IMG/VR virus record: IMGVR_UViG_3300048930_000296
Coordinates: 1-60,621 of that record
Direction: 5' to 3' (one strand)
Source of the DNA: a virus
Taxonomy: Duplodnaviria; Caudoviricetes
Length of the DNA stretch: 60,621 bases
Shown: positions 28,315 to 36,513 of the stretch, in pieces
Numbering within the stretch: the first letter of the stretch is position 1
Layout: every line of letters begins with the position of its first letter
Notes under the pieces: generated by a model
What the model saw: only the letters and a program-made list of their open reading frames with translations
What the model was told of the DNA's origin: nothing
The model's database searches: none
Position numbers and translations under genes: made by a program

Positions 28315-28708
28315 CTAGCTAACATCAGCCTGAAAAGCGCGGATTTCTTTTGCAAGAGCTTCGAGAAGCTCGGGCGTTGCCGGGTCCATCACCGGCCTTC
28401 CTGACAGACCGTCAATCCTGGTTTGCAAGAGCTTGCGGGCATTGTCACGCTTCTGCGAAGCAATACCCCGTTCGTAGACAGCTTTTGGAAATCAGGTCTG
28501 CCTGCCTCCACTTGCTTGACGGATTGATCTCATGCCCCCTGTTGTTGAACCGATAAACGACGGGGCTGCTCGCGGTCGGGATTTCAACGACAACCTGTCC
28601 GCTCGGAGTGATCTTCGTCACCTTACCACGTTTCAGACGGCTGTAAGCATCTGAAACATACGCGTCACCGCCGACGGACAGGTTCAGCCTTTCAACCAAT
28701 GTGGTCAT
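28315..28708 (-). pseudogene. Hypothetical gene apparently split by a 1-nt frameshift (or a sequencing error)
   Basis: AGGAGGT RBS and ATG at 28708; removing one A at 28483-28486 gives a 130-aa ORF ending at 28315. Confidence 0.55.
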
Positions 28709-28709
28709 C

Positions 28710-30173
28710 TCACACCTCCTTTCCTGCAAGTTCAATCATGTGAAGTTCTTCCTGGGCGCGGGTTGCTGCAACATAGCAGAGATTCAGTTCTTGCTGCTTC
28801 TGCCAATCCTGGCGGGCCCACTTAGCAGGGCACTCAGCGCGGCCCAACCAGAACACCCGCGGAGCTTCCAGCCCCTTGGACTTGTGAATGGTCGCCAGGA
28901 CAACCGCATCAGCCTTGTTGGCGAACAGGTAGTCAATGCCTGCTTCCAGATCAGGGATGGTGCGCTTGTTCTCTTTCAGGTTGTCGATCAGGAACAGCAA
29001 GCTCCCAACCTTATCCTCGAGCGCTTCAACTTTTGCATCTTCTTTCTTCGCCCGAAGCTTTTCGGATTCACGCTCGAGGTATGCTTCAAGCTTCTCTTGA
29101 AGCTTGTCCAATCCACGGGCGTTCATCTTCTTGATCAGTGCCTTCAGACCCTGCCCGATCTCACGTCCCATCACCGTGGCAGGCACATTGGCGCGGATGC
29201 AGCGGTAGGCAACCGTCAGCAGGGGTGCAGTCTTGCGACACACAACCAGATCACCGGAACGGAAGTCTTCAACTTTCCAGTCGGTGCCATGTTCCTGCAC
29301 CAGCCCCTCGGGCTTGCCCGGCGCTGCTTCAATGTGCGGGACCCACTGCTGGGCGTAGGTGACCACACTGGTCGGGCAACGGTAGGTGATGGTCAGCGGT
29401 AGCGGGTGGCAGTTGAACTCTTCACGCAAAAGGTCCATGGACGCACTGTCCGCACCGCGGAAACCGTAGATGGCTTGCGCGGAGTCGCCCACCGCAACGA
29501 TGCGCGCATTGGGGCGCATGATCTTCCGAAGCACCGCGCGCTGGATAGCGTTCGTGTCTTGTGCTTCGTCAACGAACACGAAGTCGAACTTGGGCAGGGT
29601 AATTCCGTCCTTGACTGCGAAGTAAAGCATGTCATCGAAGTCAACCATCTTGCTGGCGTTGGACAGGTCCAGCAACTCCCGCGCAACCTCGATTGCACGC
29701 CCGAAGTCAGCTTCATCCGCGTCGGGCTCGATGTTGTGGTGCTCGCACAGCTCGATCCACGCATATTCTGTGTCCTGCACCAGGCACCCAATGCCAACCC
29801 CGCGCGCAAGCCCCACCAGCTTCTGCGCGAACGCACCATACAGGCGGACGTCCTCACCGCTGAACCGTTCCTCCGTTAGCTTCCGCAGCTTGTTCATCTC
29901 AGGGTCACGCGCCCCGCGGGCACGCATCACGGGCATCATGCACAGCGAGTGGAAGGTGCGTCCGTTGACGCCAGCCTTCTTCAGCTCGTCAGCGATGGAC
30001 TTGTTGAACGCCAGGAAGATTGCTTCTCCCTTGACGTGCTTGAACGCCTCCTTGATGGTTGCGGATTTGCCAGACCCTGCAACAGCTTCAACGATCCCGT
30101 TGCGGGTGTCGTGCTTCACAAAGTCAAAGATTGCGGTCTGGTAGGCAGACCAAGTGCGAATCGGTGCGGACAT
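28710..30173 (-). CDS. SF1 UvrD/Rep-like helicase
   Basis: AVAGSGKS, DEAQD, VGD..QAIYGFRGA, TYRCP, TIHKSKGLE, YVAATRA. Confidence 0.93.
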   Translation of the reverse strand: MSAPIRTWSAYQTAIFDFVKHDTRNGIVEAVAGSGKSATIKEAFKHVKGEAIFLAFNKSIADELKKAGVNGRTFHSLCMMPVMRARGARDPEMNKLRKLTEERFSGEDVRLYGAFAQKLVGLARGVGIGCLVQDTEYAWIELCEHHNIEPDADEADFGRAIEVARELLDLSNASKMVDFDDMLYFAVKDGITLPKFDFVFVDEAQDTNAIQRAVLRKIMRPNARIVAVGDSAQAIYGFRGADSASMDLLREEFNCHPLPLTITYRCPTSVVTYAQQWVPHIEAAPGKPEGLVQEHGTDWKVEDFRSGDLVVCRKTAPLLTVAYRCIRANVPATVMGREIGQGLKALIKKMNARGLDKLQEKLEAYLERESEKLRAKKEDAKVEALEDKVGSLLFLIDNLKENKRTIPDLEAGIDYLFANKADAVVLATIHKSKGLEAPRVFWLGRAECPAKWARQDWQKQQELNLCYVAATRAQEELHMIELAGKEV

Positions 30174-30213
30174 TTCGATCAATCCTCTAGACGGGCACCA
30201 TTGCCCATGAACA

Positions 30214-30242
30214 AAAGTAGCACAAGGGAACTAGATGTTCAA
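30214..30242 (-). promoter_or_regulatory. Sigma70-like promoter
   Basis: TTGAAC-17-TACTTT; spacer CTAGTTC..CCCTTGTGCTA shared with the 30870 promoter. Confidence 0.6.
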
Positions 30243-30348
30243 GAACTATTTGCGGATAGCGCTGAACTATTTGCACCCGCCCGACATTGCGGTCCGGTTG
30301 CAGGGTTGCGGGCGCACTGGTGGGAAGGTGCGCCCGCATGGGATTCGT

Positions 30349-30579
30349 CTACTTGGAGAAAGCCTTCAGGAAAGCTCGCACCTCTTTGGCTTTGTCACCG
30401 CGCCACCGGGTGATGTTACCCAGGATGTAGAGCGCCTGCACCTTGCGCGCGTAAGCGTCTTCCTTGGGAATCCTGTAGATGCCTGCGTAGGCGTAGTTGA
30501 CCGCGTAGTTGACCTGATTGACCTGCTTCGGGTCATTACCAGCGTCAACGATTGCCTGGCACGCTTCTTCGAATGTCAT
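30349..30579 (-). CDS. Hypothetical early protein
   Basis: GAGGTG RBS, start MTFEEAC. Confidence 0.7.
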   Translation of the reverse strand: MTFEEACQAIVDAGNDPKQVNQVNYAVNYAYAGIYRIPKEDAYARKVQALYILGNITRWRGDKAKEVRAFLKAFSK

Positions 30580-30580
30580 C

Positions 30581-30811
30581 TCACACCTCATAGTTGATAG
30601 ACTTGCAGGCAGCTCGGAATCCTTCCAGATGCTCTGCGTTGTCAGCCACGGTTCCGTTGTAGAAGAAATGCCGCACTTCGTTTGCCTGCATGAACAGCGC
30701 AACCGCAAGCGGATTCCGCCCAAAGAAAATCCAGTGCTTCTCTTTGGAAGTAACAACTTCCAGCCCGAATCCTCCGTAGTAGGACAGGCTCACAAACTTG
30801 GCACCAATCAT
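30581..30811 (-). CDS. Hypothetical early protein
   Basis: Abuts next gene; downstream of promoter. Confidence 0.6.
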   Translation of the reverse strand: MIGAKFVSLSYYGGFGLEVVTSKEKHWIFFGRNPLAVALFMQANEVRHFFYNGTVADNAEHLEGFRAACKSINYEV

Positions 30812-30869
30812 CGCGTTTGGAATAGTCTGAACTCCTCACATATCGGCGAGCCAACCTCCCCGTGCTGCA

Positions 30870-30899
30870 ACCCTAGCACAAGGGGTGAACTAGCGGCAA
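30870..30899 (-). promoter_or_regulatory. Sigma70-like promoter with conserved leader hairpin
   Basis: TTGCCG-18-TAGGGT, then GCACGGGGAGGTTGGCTC. Confidence 0.5.
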
Positions 30900-30912
30900 G
30901 CGAATTGTTCAG

Positions 30913-31191
30913 CTACTTTGGAACTTCCTCGAGCAGCACCTTGCGCGCATTCGTTGCGGGCACGCTTCCGATAGCATCCGTGCCTTTGTTGAGCTCACCG
31001 TTCTGCCCAATGAAGAACAACAGATGCGCTCCGGGCTTCGCAAAGGCTGCGAAGCGAGCGCTGCTGCGGTTGTGGTCAACCTTGTATCCACGGGCCGTCA
31101 AAGCGTCAATCAGGCGCGCTTTAACACTGCGCCCAGCTGCCACCGTCTTTCCGTTCTTCCGTGCTGCAAGGTGCAGGGTTTCACGTGCCAT
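30913..31191 (-). CDS. Basic hypothetical protein
   Basis: GGAGG RBS before MARETL. Confidence 0.7.
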   Translation of the reverse strand: MARETLHLAARKNGKTVAAGRSVKARLIDALTARGYKVDHNRSSARFAAFAKPGAHLLFFIGQNGELNKGTDAIGSVPATNARKVLLEEVPK

Positions 31192-31525
31192 GAGCAACCT
31201 CCGTTGCGATGTAGATAACCTTGCGGTTCCCGTCATAGGTGACGTGGATGTCGCCCTGGCTGTCAATGCCAACCGTCCTGACACCAGCTCCGAACAGCGA
31301 AGGCATCAGATTTGTCAAATGCACAGGCCGGATAAGCAACGCCGGATCAGGCACGCGGAACGCAGCTTTGACAGCGTTCTCTTCAGCCTGCTTGCGCTGC
31401 GCCTCAATCTCAGCATAGCGGCGATCTTCCTGCCTGTTGTATTCTTCATACTCCAGGTCAGGCTTCTCCAACCAGCGTCCAACGCTAGCTTCGAACCTGT
31501 CAAGCATCCGTGTAAGGAATTTCAT
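31181..31525 (-). CDS. Hypothetical protein
   Basis: Coupled ORF. Confidence 0.7.
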   Translation of the reverse strand: MKFLTRMLDRFEASVGRWLEKPDLEYEEYNRQEDRRYAEIEAQRKQAEENAVKAAFRVPDPALLIRPVHLTNLMPSLFGAGVRTVGIDSQGDIHVTYDGNRKVIYIATEVAHGT

Positions 31526-31716
31526 TTCTTCACCGCCTCTCTGACCAGTGTCATAATGTAGTCGTGCGGGACACCCGCGCCAAGGCGCCCAGCGACATCC
31601 ATCTCGGAAATCGCACCGCGCCCATCCTGCACCGTAACGCTCACAGACCCATCAGGATTCCTGAACAGGTTCAGTGTCGCAAGGTGCGTTGCAAGCTTCG
31701 GCGAGCCAACCATCAT
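31522..31716 (-). CDS. Hypothetical protein
   Basis: Coupled ORF, GGAGG RBS. Confidence 0.65.
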   Translation of the reverse strand: MMVGSPKLATHLATLNLFRNPDGSVSVTVQDGRGAISEMDVAGRLGAGVPHDYIMTLVREAVKK

Positions 31717-31898
31717 CCGCCCTCCTTCGTCTCTACGAGCAGAACCGCAGTGTAGAACTGGACGGTGATGTCCTGTCCGAACTGCTCATAGGCAACCTGC
31801 CTGTCGTGGCCTTCGACCAGATAGGACTTACCGTCCTCATGGGTCGTCACCCGCATGAAGTCAAGCGTGTCTCCAGGCATAGGTTTTGCATCAGACAT
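31713..31898 (-). CDS. Hypothetical protein
   Basis: GGAGGT RBS. Confidence 0.65.
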   Translation of the reverse strand: MSDAKPMPGDTLDFMRVTTHEDGKSYLVEGHDRQVAYEQFGQDITVQFYTAVLLVETKEGG

Positions 31899-31918
31899 TC
31901 TCTTTTACCTCCGAGTTG

Positions 31919-32482
31919 TCAAATAATTCGAGCCACTTCCAGTGCAATCATATCCGGCCCATAGACATGCTTCCGAGTCTTGAAGTGCCGCCCAGTGCGC
32001 TTCGTGATGCGGTTGATATAGACGTTCACCCGGTTCTGCAGCACGCGCGCCTCGGCCATCGTGTGGACCTGCCACACGAGCGATTCCATTGGCTTCAGCT
32101 TCAGAAGTGGATACTTGGCGTCGGCCGGATCCTCAGGTTCGTCAAATTCCACGCCCGCGGCAAGCAACTCCTCGATTTCCTGCGCCATTTCCGGGCTACA
32201 GGGGCCGCACCAGGGCGCGTGCCAAGGGTCTGTGGTGACCACAGGCATTGGCTCAGCTGGCACCAGTGCAGCGCTTGCGGGCTGTGCGGGCACGGGAATC
32301 GGGGGCGGTGGCTCAGGTGCAGGAAAGAACGTCGAAGGGTCAAATTCTGCAGGGTCACCCGTGTAATGCTGCAACTCCCGAGCGGCAACTTGCTGTGCAT
32401 CTTCGACGCTGGCGATGCCGATATATTCGGCTTCGTCAAATATCGGCTTGGGCGCTGGTGCGGTAGTCCATTCGTCAGACAT
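31919..32482 (-). CDS. Hypothetical protein, acidic/Pro-rich N-terminus and basic C-terminal domain
   Basis: GAGGA RBS; next to origin-like region. Confidence 0.75.
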   Translation of the reverse strand: MSDEWTTAPAPKPIFDEAEYIGIASVEDAQQVAARELQHYTGDPAEFDPSTFFPAPEPPPPIPVPAQPASAALVPAEPMPVVTTDPWHAPWCGPCSPEMAQEIEELLAAGVEFDEPEDPADAKYPLLKLKPMESLVWQVHTMAEARVLQNRVNVYINRITKRTGRHFKTRKHVYGPDMIALEVARII

Positions 32483-32544
32483 GGTATGTCCTCAACGGGC
32501 GAGAGTGCTGGCGCAATGGTTGCACGGTTCAAATATGGATAGCA

Positions 32545-32960
32545 AGCTCAAATATTGAGCTCGAATTGTCAAATTTTACCCGATTGTCAAAATTAGCCGG
32601 AACTGCCAAAATTTTGGGCTATAAAGCGAGTTGTGTAGCCCTTTAGCAATTTAGCTTAAATAGTCGAGGGGGGTATATACCCGAAAAGCTGTGTAGCCGG
32701 CTATAAAGGGGCTATAAGGCTATAAGGTAGGCAACGGGTTGAGGTTAAAGTGGGTTGTGTAGCCTGCCGATCTTCGAACGCTAAAAGGGGCTATACGGCA
32801 TTTCTCACATTGCTGTTAAAGTGTTAAAACTGTTAATTTTTACACCCTATAGGGGTCCCCTAAATCCCTACTATTCGAGCCAACCTTGCGCTAGTTTTCG
32901 AACTACAGATGCTTCGGATAACAGTGTGCATCCACTCTAATTGCATTATATCCACAATTA
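32545..32960. repeat. Candidate replication origin with iterons and AT-rich tract
   Basis: GGCTATA x5, TGTGTAGCC x3 (inverted GGCTACA), TGYCAAAWTT x3, TGTTAA x3, palindromes GGGTATATACCC and CCCTATAGGG; ORF-free. Confidence 0.6.
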
Positions 32961-32964
32961 GGCC

Positions 32965-32994
32965 TTGCGATGCGGTTGCCCGGCGTGCTAGGGT
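32965..32994 (+). promoter_or_regulatory. Rightward sigma70-like promoter into a non-coding region
   Basis: TTGCGA-18-TAGGGT, same style as the other phage promoters. Confidence 0.5.
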
Positions 32995-33000
32995 GCAGCT

Positions 33001-33170
33001 AGGAACCTTTGAACCTTGGATACTGAATCTGAACCTTCGGAGACGTCGGCCTTTCCGACTGCCTAAGTTACTGGCGATTGGGATGTAACTCTAGCTGACG
33101 TCTCCACTACACCCCGAACCGCCACAGGGCGAGAAGTAGCCGCCACACCCCTCTCCACTATAGGGGTGAT
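33001..33170 (+). ncRNA. Candidate structured non-coding RNA
   Basis: 12-bp stem 33039-33050/33094-33105 enclosing inner stem 33066-33071/33085-33090; 3' hairpin 33146-33168. Confidence 0.4.
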
Positions 33171-33380
33171 GCCAAATTAGCCGACGCTCTTTGATAACTT
33201 TGATGCTGACCGCCAGCCTGCCGAGCTCGATAGCTTTCTACATCTGCAGATGTCTATTGGCGGTCGTGCGCGCTGCATCCGCGAACCTCGAGGTTGTGGT
33301 CATGCACGGGGTCAGTCCCCTGCTCACGAGTTCACCCCGCCAGCTGTGTCTGCTAGCGGGGTCAACTGGTGCGGGTCAGG

Positions 33381-33635
33381 TTAGCAGTGGATGTTCACCT
33401 TCTTCCAGGTGCCCGCGCTGTAGGTCTCAAGCCAGATCGAGTGCAACCGGACCGGGGGGAGCGCCCCCGGCAGGTTGTGCGTCCGCGCGAACTTGATAAG
33501 CTGTCCCTCACCCGCTGCTTCAACCGCAGCGCGCGCCTCCTGCTCGTCAGAGTAGTCCTTGGACTGCACCGTCTCGGCGTAGCGCCCAGGGGTCCAGGTG
33601 CGAGCGTCGTATACCGGGGCCAACATCACTGCCAC
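33381..33635 (-). CDS. Hypothetical early protein
   Basis: GGAGG RBS, coupled. Confidence 0.6.
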   Translation of the reverse strand: MAVMLAPVYDARTWTPGRYAETVQSKDYSDEQEARAAVEAAGEGQLIKFARTHNLPGALPPVRLHSIWLETYSAGTWKKVNIHC

Positions 33636-33811
33636 CCTCCGATGCGCCCCTGGAGCACAACCCGCAACGGGGGTTCCTGCTCCCGCAGCTTGCGCTCCAG
33701 CTCAGCCGCCTCAGCGCGCGCCGCAGCACGCTCAGCGGGGGTGTATTCGGGGTGACGCGCCTCTTCCCGCAGGATTGCGAGCTTGCGGTGCAGGTCTTGG
33801 GTCGGGCTCAT
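33626..33811 (-). CDS. Hypothetical early protein
   Basis: GGAGG RBS before MSPTQD, ATGA overlap. Confidence 0.6.
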   Translation of the reverse strand: MSPTQDLHRKLAILREEARHPEYTPAERAAARAEAAELERKLREQEPPLRVVLQGRIGGWQ

Positions 33812-34032
33812 TGTGCTTCCTCCGGTTCGCAGGTGTAGGTGGCGGGCGCAGTGGTGTAGCGCTGCAAGGTCCAAGCGACCTCTTCGCAGTCCTCGGGGGT
33901 GTCGTATGCTGCGACCAGCACGTCAACCTCGGGGGTGCTGAATACCAGCACGGTGGCGGGGTGGGCGTTGGCAACCGTAGCGGTTGCAAGCAGACCGCTC
34001 AACGCGGTCAGTGGTCCAAGGTGCTTCAGCAT
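33808..34032 (-). CDS. Hypothetical exported protein with signal peptide
   Basis: MLKHLGPLTALSGLLATATVANA resembles a Sec signal; TGATG coupling. Confidence 0.6.
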   Translation of the reverse strand: MLKHLGPLTALSGLLATATVANAHPATVLVFSTPEVDVLVAAYDTPEDCEEVAWTLQRYTTAPATYTCEPEEAQ

Positions 34033-34277
34033 CAGTTTTCCTTCCATTCATGCCCGGGGCCCAGCGCCCTGGAGCTCATGTGGTATGCGTTGCAGTCGTA
34101 GATGTCCAAGACCTCCTTTGCGCAGAAGTCCTCGGGGAAATATGACGTGTATTCCCCAGCGATCATCCGGTCGTGGTCCCGGAAGGTGACAACGTTGTCG
34201 TCATGCAGGACAGCGACAATGCGCTGCCCCTGGGCGGTGTAGCGCCGCCCGGTGTTGAACTGAATACGCTTCTGCAT
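34032..34277 (-). CDS. Hypothetical early protein
   Basis: Start MQKRIQFNTGRRY overlaps upstream stop. Confidence 0.65.
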   Translation of the reverse strand: MQKRIQFNTGRRYTAQGQRIVAVLHDDNVVTFRDHDRMIAGEYTSYFPEDFCAKEVLDIYDCNAYHMSSRALGPGHEWKEN

Positions 34278-34384
34278 CACAGCCACCGCGACGTGACGGT
34301 TGCAAACGTAGCGGACGCAATGACCGCACCGAGCACAAGCGCGGCGGGGTATGCGCGGAGGTATTCCATAGCGAGTTCGAACAT
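34277..34384 (-). CDS. 35-aa membrane peptide (MFELAMEYLRAYPAALVLGAVIASATFATVTSRWL)
   Basis: Not in ORF track; AGGAG RBS, TGATG coupling to next gene. Confidence 0.6.
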   Translation of the reverse strand: MFELAMEYLRAYPAALVLGAVIASATFATVTSRWL

Positions 34385-34434
34385 TGGTAGCTCCTACTTG
34401 ATGTGGCGGGTGAGTCAAACCTCCCCGTGCTTAC

Positions 34435-34463
34435 AAGGTAAGCCCTCGGCCGACCGATAACAA
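34435..34463 (-). promoter_or_regulatory. Sigma70-like promoter with conserved leader hairpin
   Basis: TTGTTA-17-TACCTT, then GCACGGGGAGGTTTGACTC. Confidence 0.55.
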
Positions 34464-34499
34464 GGGCTGTCGAACGGAAAAGTTAGCTCACCTGACGAC

Positions 34500-34520
34500 A
34501 AAGGGCGCCCGAAGGCGCCC
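34500..34520 (-). terminator. Rho-independent terminator
   Basis: GGGCGCC-TTCG-GGCGCCC then TTT on the minus strand. Confidence 0.7.
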
Positions 34521-34543
34521 GATGTGCTTTGCGCGGGTTGTGG

Positions 34544-35287
34544 TCAGTTACCGGCGTCGGGTTCCGGGGTGCTGGCAAGCTTCTCGTCAGCTTCGGCGTT
34601 GCGCGCTGCTTCGTGCTGGGCCAGCTGCTCCTCGGCGGTCGGTGCAGCCCACTTCTTCCAACGGTAAAACTCGATCGTCGCGTTGTTGACGTTCCACTGC
34701 ATGGTTGCAGCGTGCTCCTTCACCTGCTTCACCGTCAGCGGGGTATCGGGGTTCAGCGCTTGCATCTCAGCACAAGCATCCCAAACGCTGCGGCACGCGC
34801 CACCGATGCTCGGCTGTTTGATACCGTTGCGCATCACCCGGTCCTTTTCGATCTTCAGCCCGGTTCCTTTGATCTCCTTCGTGCTCGGCTTGCGGGGGGC
34901 AACGTAGGGTTCGCGCACATCGCCCCACTGTCCGCCGCACCCCATGCACTCCCAGTGCGCAACCATCCCTTCCTGGTGCAGCGTCACCCCGGGCTTGTTC
35001 GCAGCCTCGTCGTCCCGGGAAACAACCCCGTTGTCGAAGTGGTTGATACCGCAGTGCGGGCACACAGCGGTTTCAGCGCTTTCCCCCTCGCCGAACTCAC
35101 CCAAAGAAGCGAGGTAGCTCGCACGGTCCGCAAGCGCCGCTTCGTCCGCTGCACGCTGGGCGCTCAGCGCAGCATGGTGAGCGCTCAGCGCGGCCCGCAT
35201 GTTGTCGTTGCTCATCCCACCGTAGGAGATGCGGGCGTCCTTGCAGGCTGCGCGAAGGGTGGCTTTGTTCATCGAAGCGAAGTCCAT
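34544..35287 (-). CDS. Early protein with helical N-terminus, Zn finger (CPHC...CMGC) and conserved C-terminal domain
   Basis: AGGAG RBS before MDFASMNKATL. Confidence 0.78.
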   Translation of the reverse strand: MDFASMNKATLRAACKDARISYGGMSNDNMRAALSAHHAALSAQRAADEAALADRASYLASLGEFGEGESAETAVCPHCGINHFDNGVVSRDDEAANKPGVTLHQEGMVAHWECMGCGGQWGDVREPYVAPRKPSTKEIKGTGLKIEKDRVMRNGIKQPSIGGACRSVWDACAEMQALNPDTPLTVKQVKEHAATMQWNVNNATIEFYRWKKWAAPTAEEQLAQHEAARNAEADEKLASTPEPDAGN

Positions 35288-35372
35288 AGTAGTTCTCCTA
35301 TCTTGCACCGTAGGGGTGCGGGTTATGCTGCGCAGGTGCAGCGGAATGGAGGTGCAGCGCACCCCCTAACCG

Positions 35373-35576
35373 CTACACCTCCGACATGCGCTTCAACCAT
35401 GCACGGAAATGCGCACGGTCCAGTTCCGTGCATTGGGTGCGGTTGTAACCCCGCACCATGTTGCGGAAGCGCAGCGCGCTAGCAAGGGTTTCGACGCAAC
35501 CGCTGTTTTCGGCGCTTGCGACGTAAGCGTCGGCTTCGGCAAAGCGCAGCGGGACGGGACGGGTAGCTTGCAACAT
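35373..35576 (-). CDS. Hypothetical early protein
   Basis: AAGGTG RBS, promoter upstream. Confidence 0.55.
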   Translation of the reverse strand: MLQATRPVPLRFAEADAYVASAENSGCVETLASALRFRNMVRGYNRTQCTELDRAHFRAWLKRMSEV

Positions 35577-35625
35577 GGGTAGCACCTTTCGAGCTAGGGG
35601 TGAGCCAACCTCCCCCCACTCCACT

Positions 35626-35654
35626 AACATAGTTCCAGCTGGACCCAATTACAA
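35626..35654 (-). promoter_or_regulatory. Sigma70-like promoter with conserved leader hairpin
   Basis: TTGTAA-17-TATGTT; GCCCTTGTAATTG shared with the 16665 promoter. Confidence 0.6.
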
Positions 35655-36302
35655 GGGCAATGGTGGGATTTTTCCCACTATTTTTAGGTCGACCGGATGT
35701 AGTGGTTTGCAATGTTTGCAGCCCAAGCTCTTGTGTGGGGCCCTATAGGTTGGGCCGACCCAGGTCGTAGCCCATACGAAAAAACCCGATTTGCCACGTG
35801 GTGCCGGCTAACCCCTTACTCGCCCCAAGGGTCAAGGGACCGCAGACCTACGCTGTAGCGGCCCCTTATGGGCTGTGCTGGCAGACCTACCCCTTGCAAG
35901 GGGTGCGCTTGCTTGTGCCCAGGCAGCATCTATGCTGCTGTGCAGCATCATGGTGATGGGTGCTGCTGTGCAGGGGTAAGTGGTGCTGCTGCTTGGGTGC
36001 TAGTGGATGCCCATCCATACATATGCCTAGATGGATATGTGTTGTCCATGGTGTTACACTATAACAGCTAGGCCGTCAGGCAGGTGTCGCCTCGAGATGG
36101 GGCCGGCCACGTCCCCCTCCTCCCTCTGTGGTCCGACGACGATTCTCGCGATCCGAGCCCGACCAGCCTCTCGCGGTTTTTCGTTATATCTAACCCTAGT
36201 CTGCCCTAGTTCTGATTGTTTGCCGTATAGCCGGGGGTAGGCTAAGTTCTGTGCAAATCGCTCACCCCGAGCAAAAAATAGCGCGCGCCCCTAATTCTGA
36301 GT

Positions 36303-36512
36303 TTATCTAACTTTGCCTGTGGGTCCTTTGAGCAGTGAAAGCGCCTCTTCACCGCTAAAGCCATGCACAAGGAGAAGACCAAGAGCAGTTCCAAGGCAGT
36401 TCTCACAGTCTTCAGGCTTGCCACCGACTGTGTTGCTGCAACCTTTTCTGAATTCAAGCACAATGTCGTCTGGTGACATGGCAGGAACACCGAGTTCAGC
36501 AGGTGTGGTCAT
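36303..36512 (-). CDS. Hypothetical protein
   Basis: GGAGG RBS. Confidence 0.6.
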   Translation of the reverse strand: MTTPAELGVPAMSPDDIVLEFRKGCSNTVGGKPEDCENCLGTALGLLLVHGFSGEEALSLLKGPTGKVR

Positions 36513-36513
36513 G

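Noticed and set aside
33191-33496. Plus-strand 101-aa ORF after the ncRNA candidate
   Set aside because: TTG start without an RBS, overlaps a better minus-strand gene, and has no protein-like features.
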